Positions 1-9,383 of a DNA stretch of 64,000 bases are shown in pieces (within the stretch, counting starts at the first letter, position 1; the number at the start of each line of letters is the position of its first letter). The notes below the pieces were generated by a model that was not told the DNA's origin, ran no database searches, and saw only the letters and a program-made list of their open reading frames with translations. Position numbers and translations under genes: made by a program. This stretch comes from Chthoniobacterales bacterium (GTDB lineage: Bacteria; Verrucomicrobiota; Verrucomicrobiia; Chthoniobacterales; Chthoniobacteraceae), in assembly GCA_038207335.1 (NCBI GenBank), contig JBBQZX010000006.1:32001-96000 (forward strand), read 5' to 3'.

Positions 1-582
1 GCCCTCCACCCTCCTTGGGTTTTTCCGGCTCCGGTTGGCCGGCGGCCAGGGCGGCTTTGGCGGCAGCTTCCCAGTTTTCAGTGCGGCCTGATCTGGCTCC
101 CAGACTTCTGCAGACCACTTCCGCCTGGCCGCGACGTGGTGCGCCCAGATCACGGGATACCTGGCTTTTTGCTCATCGCTCTGCGATTGAACCTGCTTCG
201 CGTAATCGGCGAGAGTAGGGTAGTATTCCAAGGCCGCCAGACTGGTCCACGCCTGAGCGGATGTGCGTCCTCAATAGCTCCCGATGAGGCCCACGGGGTT
301 GCCGCTGATTTCCCGGATCCGCTGGCCGAACAGATAACCAACGGCTGAGAACCCGTTCCAGGTGCCCGCATTCGCCGTCTTGCTCCAGTGGCCGGTCGAG
401 GTGTCCCAGACCAATTCCTTCGGCACCCTCATCGTGTCATCCAGCGGCGTCAGTGAGGCCGTTTTGGTGAGGCAAAAAACGCGGAGTTCTGGGTCGTTCA
501 ACTCCTCGGTTTTTTTGATATTTAGCACCCCAAACTCCATGTTCGACTGGCCGGCACAGAGCCACACTTCGCCTACCAGCAT
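1..582 (-). pseudogene. Sialate O-acetylesterase (SASA/SGNH) family pseudogene; runs off the window edge
   Basis: GEVWLCAGQSNM and FSAVGYLFG...PVGLIGSY motifs. TGA at 271-273 sits at the conserved W of 'WGGT..(E/Q)AW' (reads GSY*GRTSAQAWTSL), and the frame stays open to base 1. The usual N-terminal region is missing: an in-frame TGA lies 6 codons upstream of the ATG. Confidence 0.85.
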
Positions 583-670
583 GCTCTCATTGGTGGGTCA
601 AAATCGAAAGTTCTCAATTCCCAAGCCTCGCGCCATATGCACCGATGCTCGAACTCCGCTGGTAGAGCAC

Positions 671-2833
671 ATGCAACCCATGTTTCCGCTTCGCATTTTC
701 CTATTTGCGCTGATTTTCATCAGTGGCTTCGCGAGCGCGGAGGAACCGCTGCTCACTCGCTGCGTGGATGTTCAGGCGCTCCCACGGGAGGAGGCGGCGC
801 GTGGCTTGCCGGTCGCGGTGCGCGGCGTGGTGACGCTCACTTTCGCGGGCCCGCGCAACAGCTTCGTCGTCGATGACGGACGCGGAGTTTTCGTCGCACT
901 CTCGGAAGCCGATGAGGCGTCGCAGCATGCCACGGATACCGGTGGGCGGGATCGTTTTGAAGTTGGCACCGTCGTGGATATTCGCGGCGTGACCGGGCGC
1001 GGGAGATTCGCGGCTGTGATCGTTCCGCATGAAATCAAGGCCGTGGGAACCGCGCCGCTGCCGCCGTTCCGACCGATGAGTGTGTCGGCTACGCGGAATG
1101 GAAACATGGATTGCCAAGGCATCGAACTTGCCGGGGTCGTGCAGCGCAGCGTGCCAAAGGATCCCAAAGTTCCAGGCACGGCGAATCAGCTCGAAGTCGT
1201 CGCGCAGGACGGGCGTTTCATCGTGGTCCTCCGGGACGACGGTGGGATGGATGTGAATGCGCTGGTGGATGCGGAGGTGCGGGTACGTGGCGTGGCGACG
1301 ACGATTTTCAACCCGCGCGGCGAGTCGATGGGCATCCGACTCCAGGTGCAATCGATGGACTCGATCGTGGTGACGCGGCCCGCGCCAAGCGATCCATTCG
1401 ATGCTCCGCGGACCACGACGCGGACGCTCTTTCCTTTCTCGCTCAAGTCGGTGAATTTGCACCGGCAGCGACTCGCCGGCACGGTCACGCTGAGCCGCCC
1501 GGGTAAATTTTTTTACGTTGTGGAAGATGGACGTGCTGTCAGGGTGAATACCAACTCGCCGGATCGGCTGCTGCCTGGACAGCGAGTAGAGGCGTCGGGG
1601 TTTGTCGAGTTGGTGCGCTATTTCGCGGAGGTGCGCGACGCTGTTTTTCGTCCGCTCGCGGTCGAGTCGCCGCCGGCCCCTCTGCGTACGACAGCGGCGG
1701 AAATCCTGGCTGCGGTTACGCGAAATTCCCTGGCTGATTCCGATGTGCTCGATGGCCGTCTGGTGCAGCTCCGCGGACGATTGTTGAAAGTCGATGTCGG
1801 CAGCGGAACGGATCACCGGCTGGTGGTCGATTGCGGCGGGCGTGCGGTGCTGGCGCTAATGGATGGCGCGGTGCCGACGACGGAGTTGGAGCAAGTGGCG
1901 CCCGGCAGCGAGATCGACGTGACGGGAATCGCGGTTCTCGATCTCGGCGCGAACTGGCCGACGTTGATCTATTCGGAGACGCGCGATTTTCAACTACTGC
2001 TGCGCGACGCTACCGATGTGAAGGTGATCGCAGCGCCGTCGTGGTGGACGCCGAAGCGGCTCTGGGTCTTGATCGGCGGGGTGGTGGCGCTGCTCGCGAT
2101 CGTGCTCGCGTGGAATTCGCTGCTACGACGCCGGGTCTCGCAGCGGAGCGCGCAACTCGCAGCCGAGATGCAGGCGAGGACAGCGGATGAGATCGAGTTC
2201 AACGCGACGCAGCGCGAGCGGACGCGCATGGCGGCGGACCTGCACGATACGTTGGAACAGGCGCTCACGGGTCTCGCGTTTCAGCTCGATGCGACGCGGC
2301 GATTTGCGCCGCCGCTAGGCGAGCGCGGTACGCAGCATTTTGAGCTGAGTCGGCAGCTCCTCGCGAGCAGCCGCGAGGATTTGCGGCGTTCGCTGTGGAA
2401 TCTGCGCGTGCAGGGGCTGGAGGGCCGCACATTCAGCGAGGCGCTGCGCGTGACGGCGGAGCGCTCGGCGGCGGGGCGCGATGCGGAGATCGTGGTGGAG
2501 GAAATCGGCGGGCCGAAATCGGTGCCGGAATTCACCGCCGGGCATCTGCTGCTGCTCGCGCAGGAGGCGATCACGAATGCGCTGAAGCACGCACGGGCGA
2601 AGCGGATCGGCGTGCGGGTGGCCTACGAAAACGGGCAGGTTTCGATGACGATCGAGGATGATGGCGAGGGCTTCGACACGGCGAAATCGCCGGGGCTCGC
2701 GGACGGGCATTTCGGCTTGCAAGGAATGCGCGAACGCGTCGATCGGCTCGACGGGACGATCGAGATTGAAAGCGCGCCGGGGCGGGGGACGCGGATTGTT
2801 GTGCGGGTGCCTTCGCCTGCCGCAGTCGGCTAA
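671..2833 (+). CDS. Membrane sensor histidine kinase (HisKA_3/NarX-like) with repeated OB-fold-like extracytoplasmic modules
   Basis: Signal peptide after ATG 671/680. TM segment after APSWWTP. H-box DLHDTLEQ, N-box QEAITNALKHA, DDGEGF and GHFGLQGMRER. The 362 start of the ORF track overlaps the antisense pseudogene and is rejected. Confidence 0.92.
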   Translation: MQPMFPLRIFLFALIFISGFASAEEPLLTRCVDVQALPREEAARGLPVAVRGVVTLTFAGPRNSFVVDDGRGVFVALSEADEASQHATDTGGRDRFEVGTVVDIRGVTGRGRFAAVIVPHEIKAVGTAPLPPFRPMSVSATRNGNMDCQGIELAGVVQRSVPKDPKVPGTANQLEVVAQDGRFIVVLRDDGGMDVNALVDAEVRVRGVATTIFNPRGESMGIRLQVQSMDSIVVTRPAPSDPFDAPRTTTRTLFPFSLKSVNLHRQRLAGTVTLSRPGKFFYVVEDGRAVRVNTNSPDRLLPGQRVEASGFVELVRYFAEVRDAVFRPLAVESPPAPLRTTAAEILAAVTRNSLADSDVLDGRLVQLRGRLLKVDVGSGTDHRLVVDCGGRAVLALMDGAVPTTELEQVAPGSEIDVTGIAVLDLGANWPTLIYSETRDFQLLLRDATDVKVIAAPSWWTPKRLWVLIGGVVALLAIVLAWNSLLRRRVSQRSAQLAAEMQARTADEIEFNATQRERTRMAADLHDTLEQALTGLAFQLDATRRFAPPLGERGTQHFELSRQLLASSREDLRRSLWNLRVQGLEGRTFSEALRVTAERSAAGRDAEIVVEEIGGPKSVPEFTAGHLLLLAQEAITNALKHARAKRIGVRVAYENGQVSMTIEDDGEGFDTAKSPGLADGHFGLQGMRERVDRLDGTIEIESAPGRGTRIVVRVPSPAAVG

Positions 2834-3477
2834 ATTTCCACCCGCAGCAGGCCGCGCTCGAAGCCGCGGGCGACGGCTTCGGTCCGGTCGGCGGCTTCGA
2901 GTTTTGAGAGCAGCATCTTGACGTGAAATTTCGCGGTGTTTTCGCTCAGGCCGAGCGCGGTGCCGATGTCGCGATTCGTCATTCCGCGGCGCAGGAGATC
3001 GAGCACCTCGAGTTCGCGCGGGCTGAATGCGCGGCGGGCCGGGCGCGCGGCGAGTTGCTTGCGAATGCTGTCTGGCAGATAGCTGCCGTCCGTCGCGATG
3101 GCGTGGATCGCGGCGATGAGTTCGGCGGGCTCCGCTGTTTTCACGAGGTATCCGGCGGCGCCCGCATCGAGCGCGGCGACGATGTCCTCCTCGAGATCGG
3201 AGGTCGTGAGCATCAGCACGCAGGCGGTTGGAAATTCCCCGCGAATTTGCTTCAGCGCAGCGAGCCCCCCGACGCGAGGCATCCGCAGATCGAGCAGCGT
3301 CACATCCGGCAGATGCTCGCGATAAAGCTCGAGCGCGCTCTCGCCGCCGGTGCCTTGCGCGACGACTTTCAAATTCTCCTGTCCGTCGAGCACGGCCACG
3401 AAGCCCATGCGGACCACCGCGTGATCGTCGATGAGCAAAAGTCGGATCGTCCGTCTCTGCGGGGGGTTGCGAGGCAT
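2830..3477 (-). CDS. NarL/LuxR-family DNA-binding response regulator
   Basis: LIDDHAVVR, DVTLLDLRMP, GYLVK receiver; SPRELEVL...GMTNRDIG...ENTAKFHV HTH. Convergent with the kinase (4-bp overlap). Confidence 0.95.
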   Translation of the reverse strand: MPRNPPQRRTIRLLLIDDHAVVRMGFVAVLDGQENLKVVAQGTGGESALELYREHLPDVTLLDLRMPRVGGLAALKQIRGEFPTACVLMLTTSDLEEDIVAALDAGAAGYLVKTAEPAELIAAIHAIATDGSYLPDSIRKQLAARPARRAFSPRELEVLDLLRRGMTNRDIGTALGLSENTAKFHVKMLLSKLEAADRTEAVARGFERGLLRVEI

Positions 3478-3545
3478 GGCGAGCACGCTCTTTCATCGCC
3501 CGCGCTGTGGCAATTTCGCAATGGCCGCGCGCGTGTCCGGTCGGG

Positions 3546-3612
3546 CTACCCGGTCGGGTAGCTGTGTCGTGATAGCACCGCGTAGAGATGCCGCGCCTAC
3601 CTGTTTGGGTAG
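3546..3612. promoter_or_regulatory. Two palindromic CTACC-N6-GGTAG boxes, candidate NarL-type operator sites
   Basis: CTACCcggtcgGGTAG at 3546-3561 and CTACCtgtttgGGTAG at 3597-3612, 51 bp apart, in the divergent intergenic region. Confidence 0.6.
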
Positions 3613-3718
3613 TTCCTCCGGGCAGTAGTCGCGTGGTCGCGAAGGCAGCAAAGTCGGCCCTCTCGCAACTGTCCAATTCCACCTGCACTGCAAGCCGCAG
3701 CAATCCCAGCCCTCCAAA

Positions 3719-6112
3719 ATGATCACACCACTCCAGACACGCATCGCTATTCCCGTTCTCTCATTCGGCATCCTCTTCGGAGCAGCATCCAGGATCGTCG
3801 CAGCGACATCGAGCTTCACCCCGATCACCTACGGGACCTACGATTATCAAACGGGCGGATTCTGGGATAACGGTGTGCCAAATGCCATCGACGACAGCGC
3901 GATCTTCAGCAAGAACATCGGCTCCGACACCGGCACGCAGGGATTTGTTTTCGTGAATTTGAACGGTCCAGTGACGCTCGGAAATCTCACGCTTGGCGAC
4001 ACGAATACGACGACTGGAAATGGCAACGGGTTCTACCAAATCCAAAATGGCACGGGTGGTTCGCTGACTTTCGCCGCCACGGCAGGCAACGCGACGCTGC
4101 AAAAAACCGTGTCCAGTGGGACGGAGGACATCGTCTCCGCGACCGTGTCGCTCACCAGCACGCTCGCGGCGGATGTGCGGCAGGGAAATATCCGCATCGA
4201 CGGGGCGATCAGCGGCGCGGGCGGAATCATTCGCGCCGATGTCGGGACGAGCACTGCCGTCAACGGCGGCACGTTGAAACTCACCAACAACAACAATTCC
4301 TACACCGGCAGCACCGTGGTCGAGCATGGCATCGTGCAGGCGTTCTTGACCGGCGATATTCTCGCCGGCTCGAACAGCGTCCTGGGCAACTCGAGCACGC
4401 CCATCGTGGTCGGCACTGCTGTGACGATCGGACTCTCAAATACGACGACACAACTGACCTTCAGCGCGGCCGCGGGTCTCGACTCGACGAACTTCACGGT
4501 GAGCCGCGACTTTGATTTCTCGCAGGCGGGCTCAGCTATCGGGACTTCGCAGATCAACTTCGGCGGTGACGGCGCCGGCGGCTTGAACACGAACACGTTC
4601 ACGCTTTCCGGGACGCTGACGACGGGCGTCCGGCAGCTCGTGCTCATCGCGCAGCGCGCGGGCCAGACGGTCAATGTCACTGGCGCGATCAACAGCGGCA
4701 CCGGGAGCATCCGTCTCGGCTCATTTCCGCTGGATCCGAATGTGGACGGGCACGGCAACGGCAACGTGCGTCTCAGCAATGTGGCGCGTACCTACACCGG
4801 CCAGACGCAGATCGTGAGCGGGTCCCTCATCGTGGATGGCGTGGTGCCGCTGACGGGGCCGAGCCCGGTCGGCACCGGAGTCGTCGAGGCGACTCAGGGG
4901 ACGGGTGGAAACATCGTCGGCGGCGCGAATTTCGCGGGCACCGTCGCGGCCTCACGGGATACTTCGCCGGACACGGTGCGCGGCTTTTTCCTAGAAAGTG
5001 CGGGTAGCAGTTACGCGCGGACATTCGTGCCCGGCAACGGGACGAGCGCCGTCCCGGCGACGGGCGGATATGGCACCGCGGTCAGCGTCATCAATGGCTT
5101 CCAAGTCGGCGGCCTGAACACCACGGGACTCACCACTTTCAGCGGCGCGATCACGCCGGGGAATCCGGCGGTTGGCAACTCCGCCACCAATCCCATCTCG
5201 GTCGCGGTCAATCTCGCGCTCCAGTCCGGCGGCGCCGGCGGGACCACCCTTTTCAGTGGCAACATCGTGGACGGCACGACGGTGACCGACACCGTCACGC
5301 GTGTGACCGTCAATGGACTCCGCAACCACCCGAATCTCGACGGTGTCAACAACACGACCGGCAACACGGGCCCCGACGGCGTCCCTGACATCGCCTTCGC
5401 CGGCGATCTCGGTGCGAATGCGATCATCCCCAGCACGCTGAAAACCGGCACGGTCGTCGTGGGGGGGGCGAACACCTGGGACGGCACCACCGAGGTGCTC
5501 GCCGGGAGATTTCTCGTGAGTGGTAGCATCGCTGGAAATACTTCGACCGTCGCCAGCGGGGCCACACTCGGCGGACGCGGGACGATCAATGCTGGCATCG
5601 CAGCATCCACGCTGCAAGTCGCCGGCACGCTCGCGCCGGGCGGCCGCATCGACCCGATCACGCCGAGCAATGGCGCGATCTCCGACCCCGGCGTACTCAC
5701 GAGCAACAAGCAGGTGAATTTTCTCGCGGGCTCGACACTTTCGCTCGAGCTCAACGGCACCGCGGGCGGGCTGAACTACGATGTGCTGGTCGTCGGGAGC
5801 GGTGCGGGGATCAGCATCACAGGCAACAGCACAGTCGCGCTCGCGCTCGGATACACTCCTGTGAACGGCGACTTTTTCACCGTCATCGACAACCAAAGCG
5901 CGAATCCGATCGCGGGTGTCTTTGGGAATCTCGCCGAGGGCGGCACCATCACGGCGACCTTCAACGCGGCGAGCTACACATTCCAGGCGACCTATCACGG
6001 TGGCACGGGCAATGACCTCGTGCTCACCGCAATTCCGGAGCCGGGCGTCGCGATTTCGCTCCTCGGCGGGCTCGGGGCACTCCTCGGCTTGCGCCGCCGC
6101 CGAAGCGCGTAA
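3719..6112 (+). CDS. PEP-CTERM surface protein with autotransporter-associated beta-strand repeats
   Basis: G/T/N-rich repeats (GGTLKLTNNNNSYTGSTVV; GTVVVGGANTWDGTTEVLAG). C-terminus IPEP + hydrophobic helix + RRRR. Confidence 0.92.
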   Translation: MITPLQTRIAIPVLSFGILFGAASRIVAATSSFTPITYGTYDYQTGGFWDNGVPNAIDDSAIFSKNIGSDTGTQGFVFVNLNGPVTLGNLTLGDTNTTTGNGNGFYQIQNGTGGSLTFAATAGNATLQKTVSSGTEDIVSATVSLTSTLAADVRQGNIRIDGAISGAGGIIRADVGTSTAVNGGTLKLTNNNNSYTGSTVVEHGIVQAFLTGDILAGSNSVLGNSSTPIVVGTAVTIGLSNTTTQLTFSAAAGLDSTNFTVSRDFDFSQAGSAIGTSQINFGGDGAGGLNTNTFTLSGTLTTGVRQLVLIAQRAGQTVNVTGAINSGTGSIRLGSFPLDPNVDGHGNGNVRLSNVARTYTGQTQIVSGSLIVDGVVPLTGPSPVGTGVVEATQGTGGNIVGGANFAGTVAASRDTSPDTVRGFFLESAGSSYARTFVPGNGTSAVPATGGYGTAVSVINGFQVGGLNTTGLTTFSGAITPGNPAVGNSATNPISVAVNLALQSGGAGGTTLFSGNIVDGTTVTDTVTRVTVNGLRNHPNLDGVNNTTGNTGPDGVPDIAFAGDLGANAIIPSTLKTGTVVVGGANTWDGTTEVLAGRFLVSGSIAGNTSTVASGATLGGRGTINAGIAASTLQVAGTLAPGGRIDPITPSNGAISDPGVLTSNKQVNFLAGSTLSLELNGTAGGLNYDVLVVGSGAGISITGNSTVALALGYTPVNGDFFTVIDNQSANPIAGVFGNLAEGGTITATFNAASYTFQATYHGGTGNDLVLTAIPEPGVAISLLGGLGALLGLRRRRSA

Positions 6113-6157
6113 AGCCGCGACATATACACGAATGCGCGGGCTGCGCACACTCGGCCG

Positions 6158-8111
6158 ATGAGCTTCTCGACCTGCCTGCGGCTTGCCGCGTTTGCGTTTG
6201 CGTTTCCGAGCGCGGCGTTCGCAGCGAATGTGCTGGCGCTCGATTTCAATTCCGATCCGCCGGCGATGGCGGGCTACGGCGTTCCGGCTTCGGCGATCGC
6301 GACGAGTGCGATCGCGGCGGAGGGTACGATCGACACATTTCGCGGCGAGCCCTCGGCGGCGGCGGTGCTGAAAGTGGATGCAGGCGCGGCGAAAAAGACG
6401 TGGAGCGCGGGGCTTCGGACGCCGCTGCTCGCGGTCGAAAATGCGGAGACGGTCCTGGCTAAACTCACGCTCGCATTTGACCTCCAAGCCAGCCAGTCGC
6501 TGCCGGTGCGCCTACGCATTGCGTCCTTCGATGCGAAGCGTAAGCGGACCGGCGGCTTGGAGAAATGGGTCTATCCTCCGGTCGCTGGATCGTTTTTCCG
6601 GCACTCGACCGACCTCTCGGAAATGAGCGCGTGGAATGGGAAATTCGATCCCGCTGCGAAGTTCGTGCAGCTCTCGTGGGAGATCGGAAGTGCCGCGCCG
6701 CAGCCGTGGCCAAAGGCTGATGGGCACTTGATCCGTGTGGATAATGTCAGCCTTTCCGTACCGAGTTTTTACGTCTCCGAGAGCGGCTCCGACAAAGCCG
6801 ACGGGCGCGCCGAGGCGACCGCTTTCCAGACGATCAAAAAGGGAGTCGCCGGAGCACAGGCGGGCGACACCGTGATCGTGATGGATGGCGTCTATCCGCT
6901 CGCGGGCGGCATCAGCATCACGACGACGGGCACGCCGACAAAGTGGATCACGCTCAAGCGCGCGCCGGGCGCAAACCCGCGGCTCGAGTTCGCAGGCTGG
7001 TCGGGATTCACGCTTAAAAAGGGCGCGGCTTTTATAGAAATCAACGGGCTCGAAATCGTCGGGAATGCCCGCAACGTCACCGTCAAGGAGGCCACCGAAA
7101 ACGGCCACGCGGAAAAGCCGGACGGCAAGTTCAACGGCACCGCAATCTCCATCGAGGGCAAGACAATCGACGCCGGTGGAAAGACCGTGAAAGACGAAAA
7201 AGAGTTCCGTGACCGCCCGGATCGCCCGCATCACATCCGCATTGTCGGCTGCAATATCCACGATGCGTGCGGCGCGGGTGTCGCGGCGATGATCGCCGAT
7301 TACGTCACGATCGAGGGCAACACCGTGAGCGATTGCGCGGCGAGATCCCGCTACGCGCACAGCGGGATCACGCTTTATTGGGCATGGAATTTCGACGCCT
7401 CCACCGGGCACCGAAATTTCATCCTTAACAACGTCGCTGCGCGCAATCGCACGATGGTCGCGTGGCTGCCGGGCTGGGAATCCGATCCCGCGAAAGCAAA
7501 CCTCTCCGATGGGAATGGCATCATCATTGACGACTTCATCCAGCACCAGCCCGGCAGCCCCGGCGAGCCGAACGCCGGGCGCACACTCGTGCAGAACAAC
7601 CTCTCGCATCATAGCGGCGGCGGCGGCATCCACATCTTCGCGAGCGATCACGTCGATGTGGTCAACAACACCGCCTTCGCCAATTCCCAGACCGCGAACC
7701 TCGACTACGGCGAGATCGACACGAGCTGGTCAAAAGACTGCCGCGTCCTCAACAACATCGCCATCGCAAGCCCCGGCAAAACCGTCCACCGCAACCGCAA
7801 CCGCGAATTCAAACTCGAGTTCGAGCAACGTCTGGGAGGCGAACGTCCTCTTCGCCGACGGCGTGAAAAAGGTCATCGATTTCAGCGAGCGAGACATCTG
7901 GGCCGATCCGCTCCTCATCGCGCCCGCGCCCGACGCGCCGCCCGCGTCCTTTGCCCTCCAGTCAGGCAGTCCTGCGCACGGCATCGGCATCGCGAGTCCG
8001 CTCGTCTGTGGCCTCGACCTTTTCGGCGCACAGCGCTCACCCGCGGGAAAGATCGACAGCGGCGCGATCCAGACATCCGCGATCCCAGCGAAACGCAAAC
8101 GCTCGCCCTGA
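6158..8111 (+). pseudogene. Secreted right-handed parallel beta-helix (pectin-lyase-like) protein, frameshifted near 7785-7830
   Basis: FYVSESGSD..DG....AFQTI, GDTVIVMDG and DGNGIIIDD motifs. The main frame degenerates after ...PGKTVHRNRN, while the +1 frame supplies a typical tail (WADPLL...FALQSGSPA...DLFGAQR...IDSGAIQ) ending at 8111. Confidence 0.75.
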
Positions 8112-8144
8112 TGTCAGTTTGCCGGGAACTGTAGGGCAGGCTTC

Positions 8145-8487
8145 TGGCAGGGACCGGACACATCGCTTACACTTTCGCTGCAGGGACGGCGGGCGCTGTG
8201 TTGGGCGGCGCGGGGCACACCCTCCACTTCATTTTTGGCGGCCGCCGTCAGCGCGCTATGCCTCCTGCAGCCCCTCGATCCCGCCCGTCTTCCAGCGCCC
8301 TCGTCACTTGCACGCACACGTCCGGTTGATCCGCCACCGCTCGCAAATCACCTTCACGTTCTCGCTCCCAACCTCAAGTTCCTGCGCCAGTTTCACCTTC
8401 TCTTTCAATGTCAGCTTTTTGTTCGTCATCTACACCGCGCCACCACTCCAAACCAAAAAGTGCAAGCGATGTGTCCGGTTCAGGTCA
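8145..8487 (-). mobile_element. Internally deleted IS remnant (IS481/IS3-like), 343 bp
   Basis: 31-bp imperfect terminal inverted repeats (8145-8175 TGGCAGGGACCGGACACATCGCTTACACTTT vs reverse complement of 8457-8487 TGACCTGAACCGGACACATCGCTTGCACTTT; 26/31). Minus-strand HTH relic from ATG 8429: MTNKKLTLKEKVKLAQELEVGSENVKVICERWRINRTCACK*RGRWKTGGIEGLQEA*. Confidence 0.8.
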
Positions 8488-8488
8488 T

Positions 8489-8859
8489 TGAGTCACCGAC
8501 GATGTAAAGCTCATCCGGCAAACCCTGACGAAGACGCCCAGCGAACAAAAAGCCGACATCGAGGCTGCCGGGCATTTACCGATCAGGAGCTACAACTAGA
8601 CAGACTTTGTCCGCAATCTTGTCGCCATCGAAGTGCAGTTGGGAAAGTATGCCTTCATCGCCTACGACCCCTTCGTGAAACACCTCGGGTTTTATATCTA
8701 GGACGAGATCGATGTTGGGATCGAGATTTTGCCCGTGAAGGCGATGCAACAGCAGGTGTCTTCGGGGATCGCTTACTACGAGCGAGAGCTCGACAACGTG
8801 ATTGACACGGTCGCGGCCTCCCTTCAGTCCCGCTCGTGATTCTCGGCGTTGACGCGTGA
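8489..8859 (+). pseudogene. BglII/BstYI-family type II restriction endonuclease relic (3' part)
   Basis: Hand translation: *VTDDVKLIRQTL...IRSYN*TDFVRNLVAIEVQLGKYAFIAYDPFVKHLGFYI*DEIDVGIEILPVKAMQQQVSSGIAYYERELDNVI/HGRGLPSVPLVILGVDA. Stops at 8489, 8597 and 8699, and a frameshift near 8803. Confidence 0.85.
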
Positions 8860-9360
8860 AGCGTTCGGAGTTCGCGACGGCGCGATTTTCGGCTGCTGCT
8901 GCCACAAGGGGGAGAGCCAGCACAGTGCGCAGTCGAGGATGAGAAGAATATAGAGGCCCCAGAAGGGCTCGAACACGAAGCGGAACCGGGGCTTCACATT
9001 TGCCGTCAGCGAGATCGTGAAAAGCAGCGCGATGAGCGTGAGGCTGAGCGCGAAGTGCAGCTTTTGCATCGACCCGCGTCGCATGGCGACGAACCCCATG
9101 CCGGTCCATGCGACGATGTAAAACCACGCGACTCCGGGGACATGCCGCTTCCCGATCACAAGGTACGCGAGCCGCGGCTGGAGCATGGAATGCCAGCGGT
9201 CGTTGAACTTCGCAAACCAGTCGAGCCGCTCGGGATGCTCGTGAGAGTGCACCCAGGCGTCGATTTCCTCCGCGGAGAGCTCGGTAAAGTCGTCGTTCGT
9301 CGGGACGGTGGCGGTGTAGCGGAACTTCAGCCCCGCAAGCTCGAGCGCGGCGTGACCCGA
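8824..9360 (-). pseudogene. Headless C-terminal fragment of a polytopic membrane protein (possibly GT-C/glycosyltransferase-39-like)
   Basis: Three hydrophobic helices ending in ANVKPRFRFVFEPFWGLYILL. The upstream part of ORF 8824..9516 is antisense to another fragment, and there is no credible start. Confidence 0.45.
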
Positions 9361-9383
9361 TTTCTCCCTCTGATCAAAACGAC

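Noticed and set aside
271..273. TGA-to-Trp recoding or selenocysteine at the esterase stop (also TGA at 8489)
   Set aside because: TGA terminates many intact genes here (13175, 18486, 37339, 49860), TGG is used for Trp throughout, and both loci carry other lesions.
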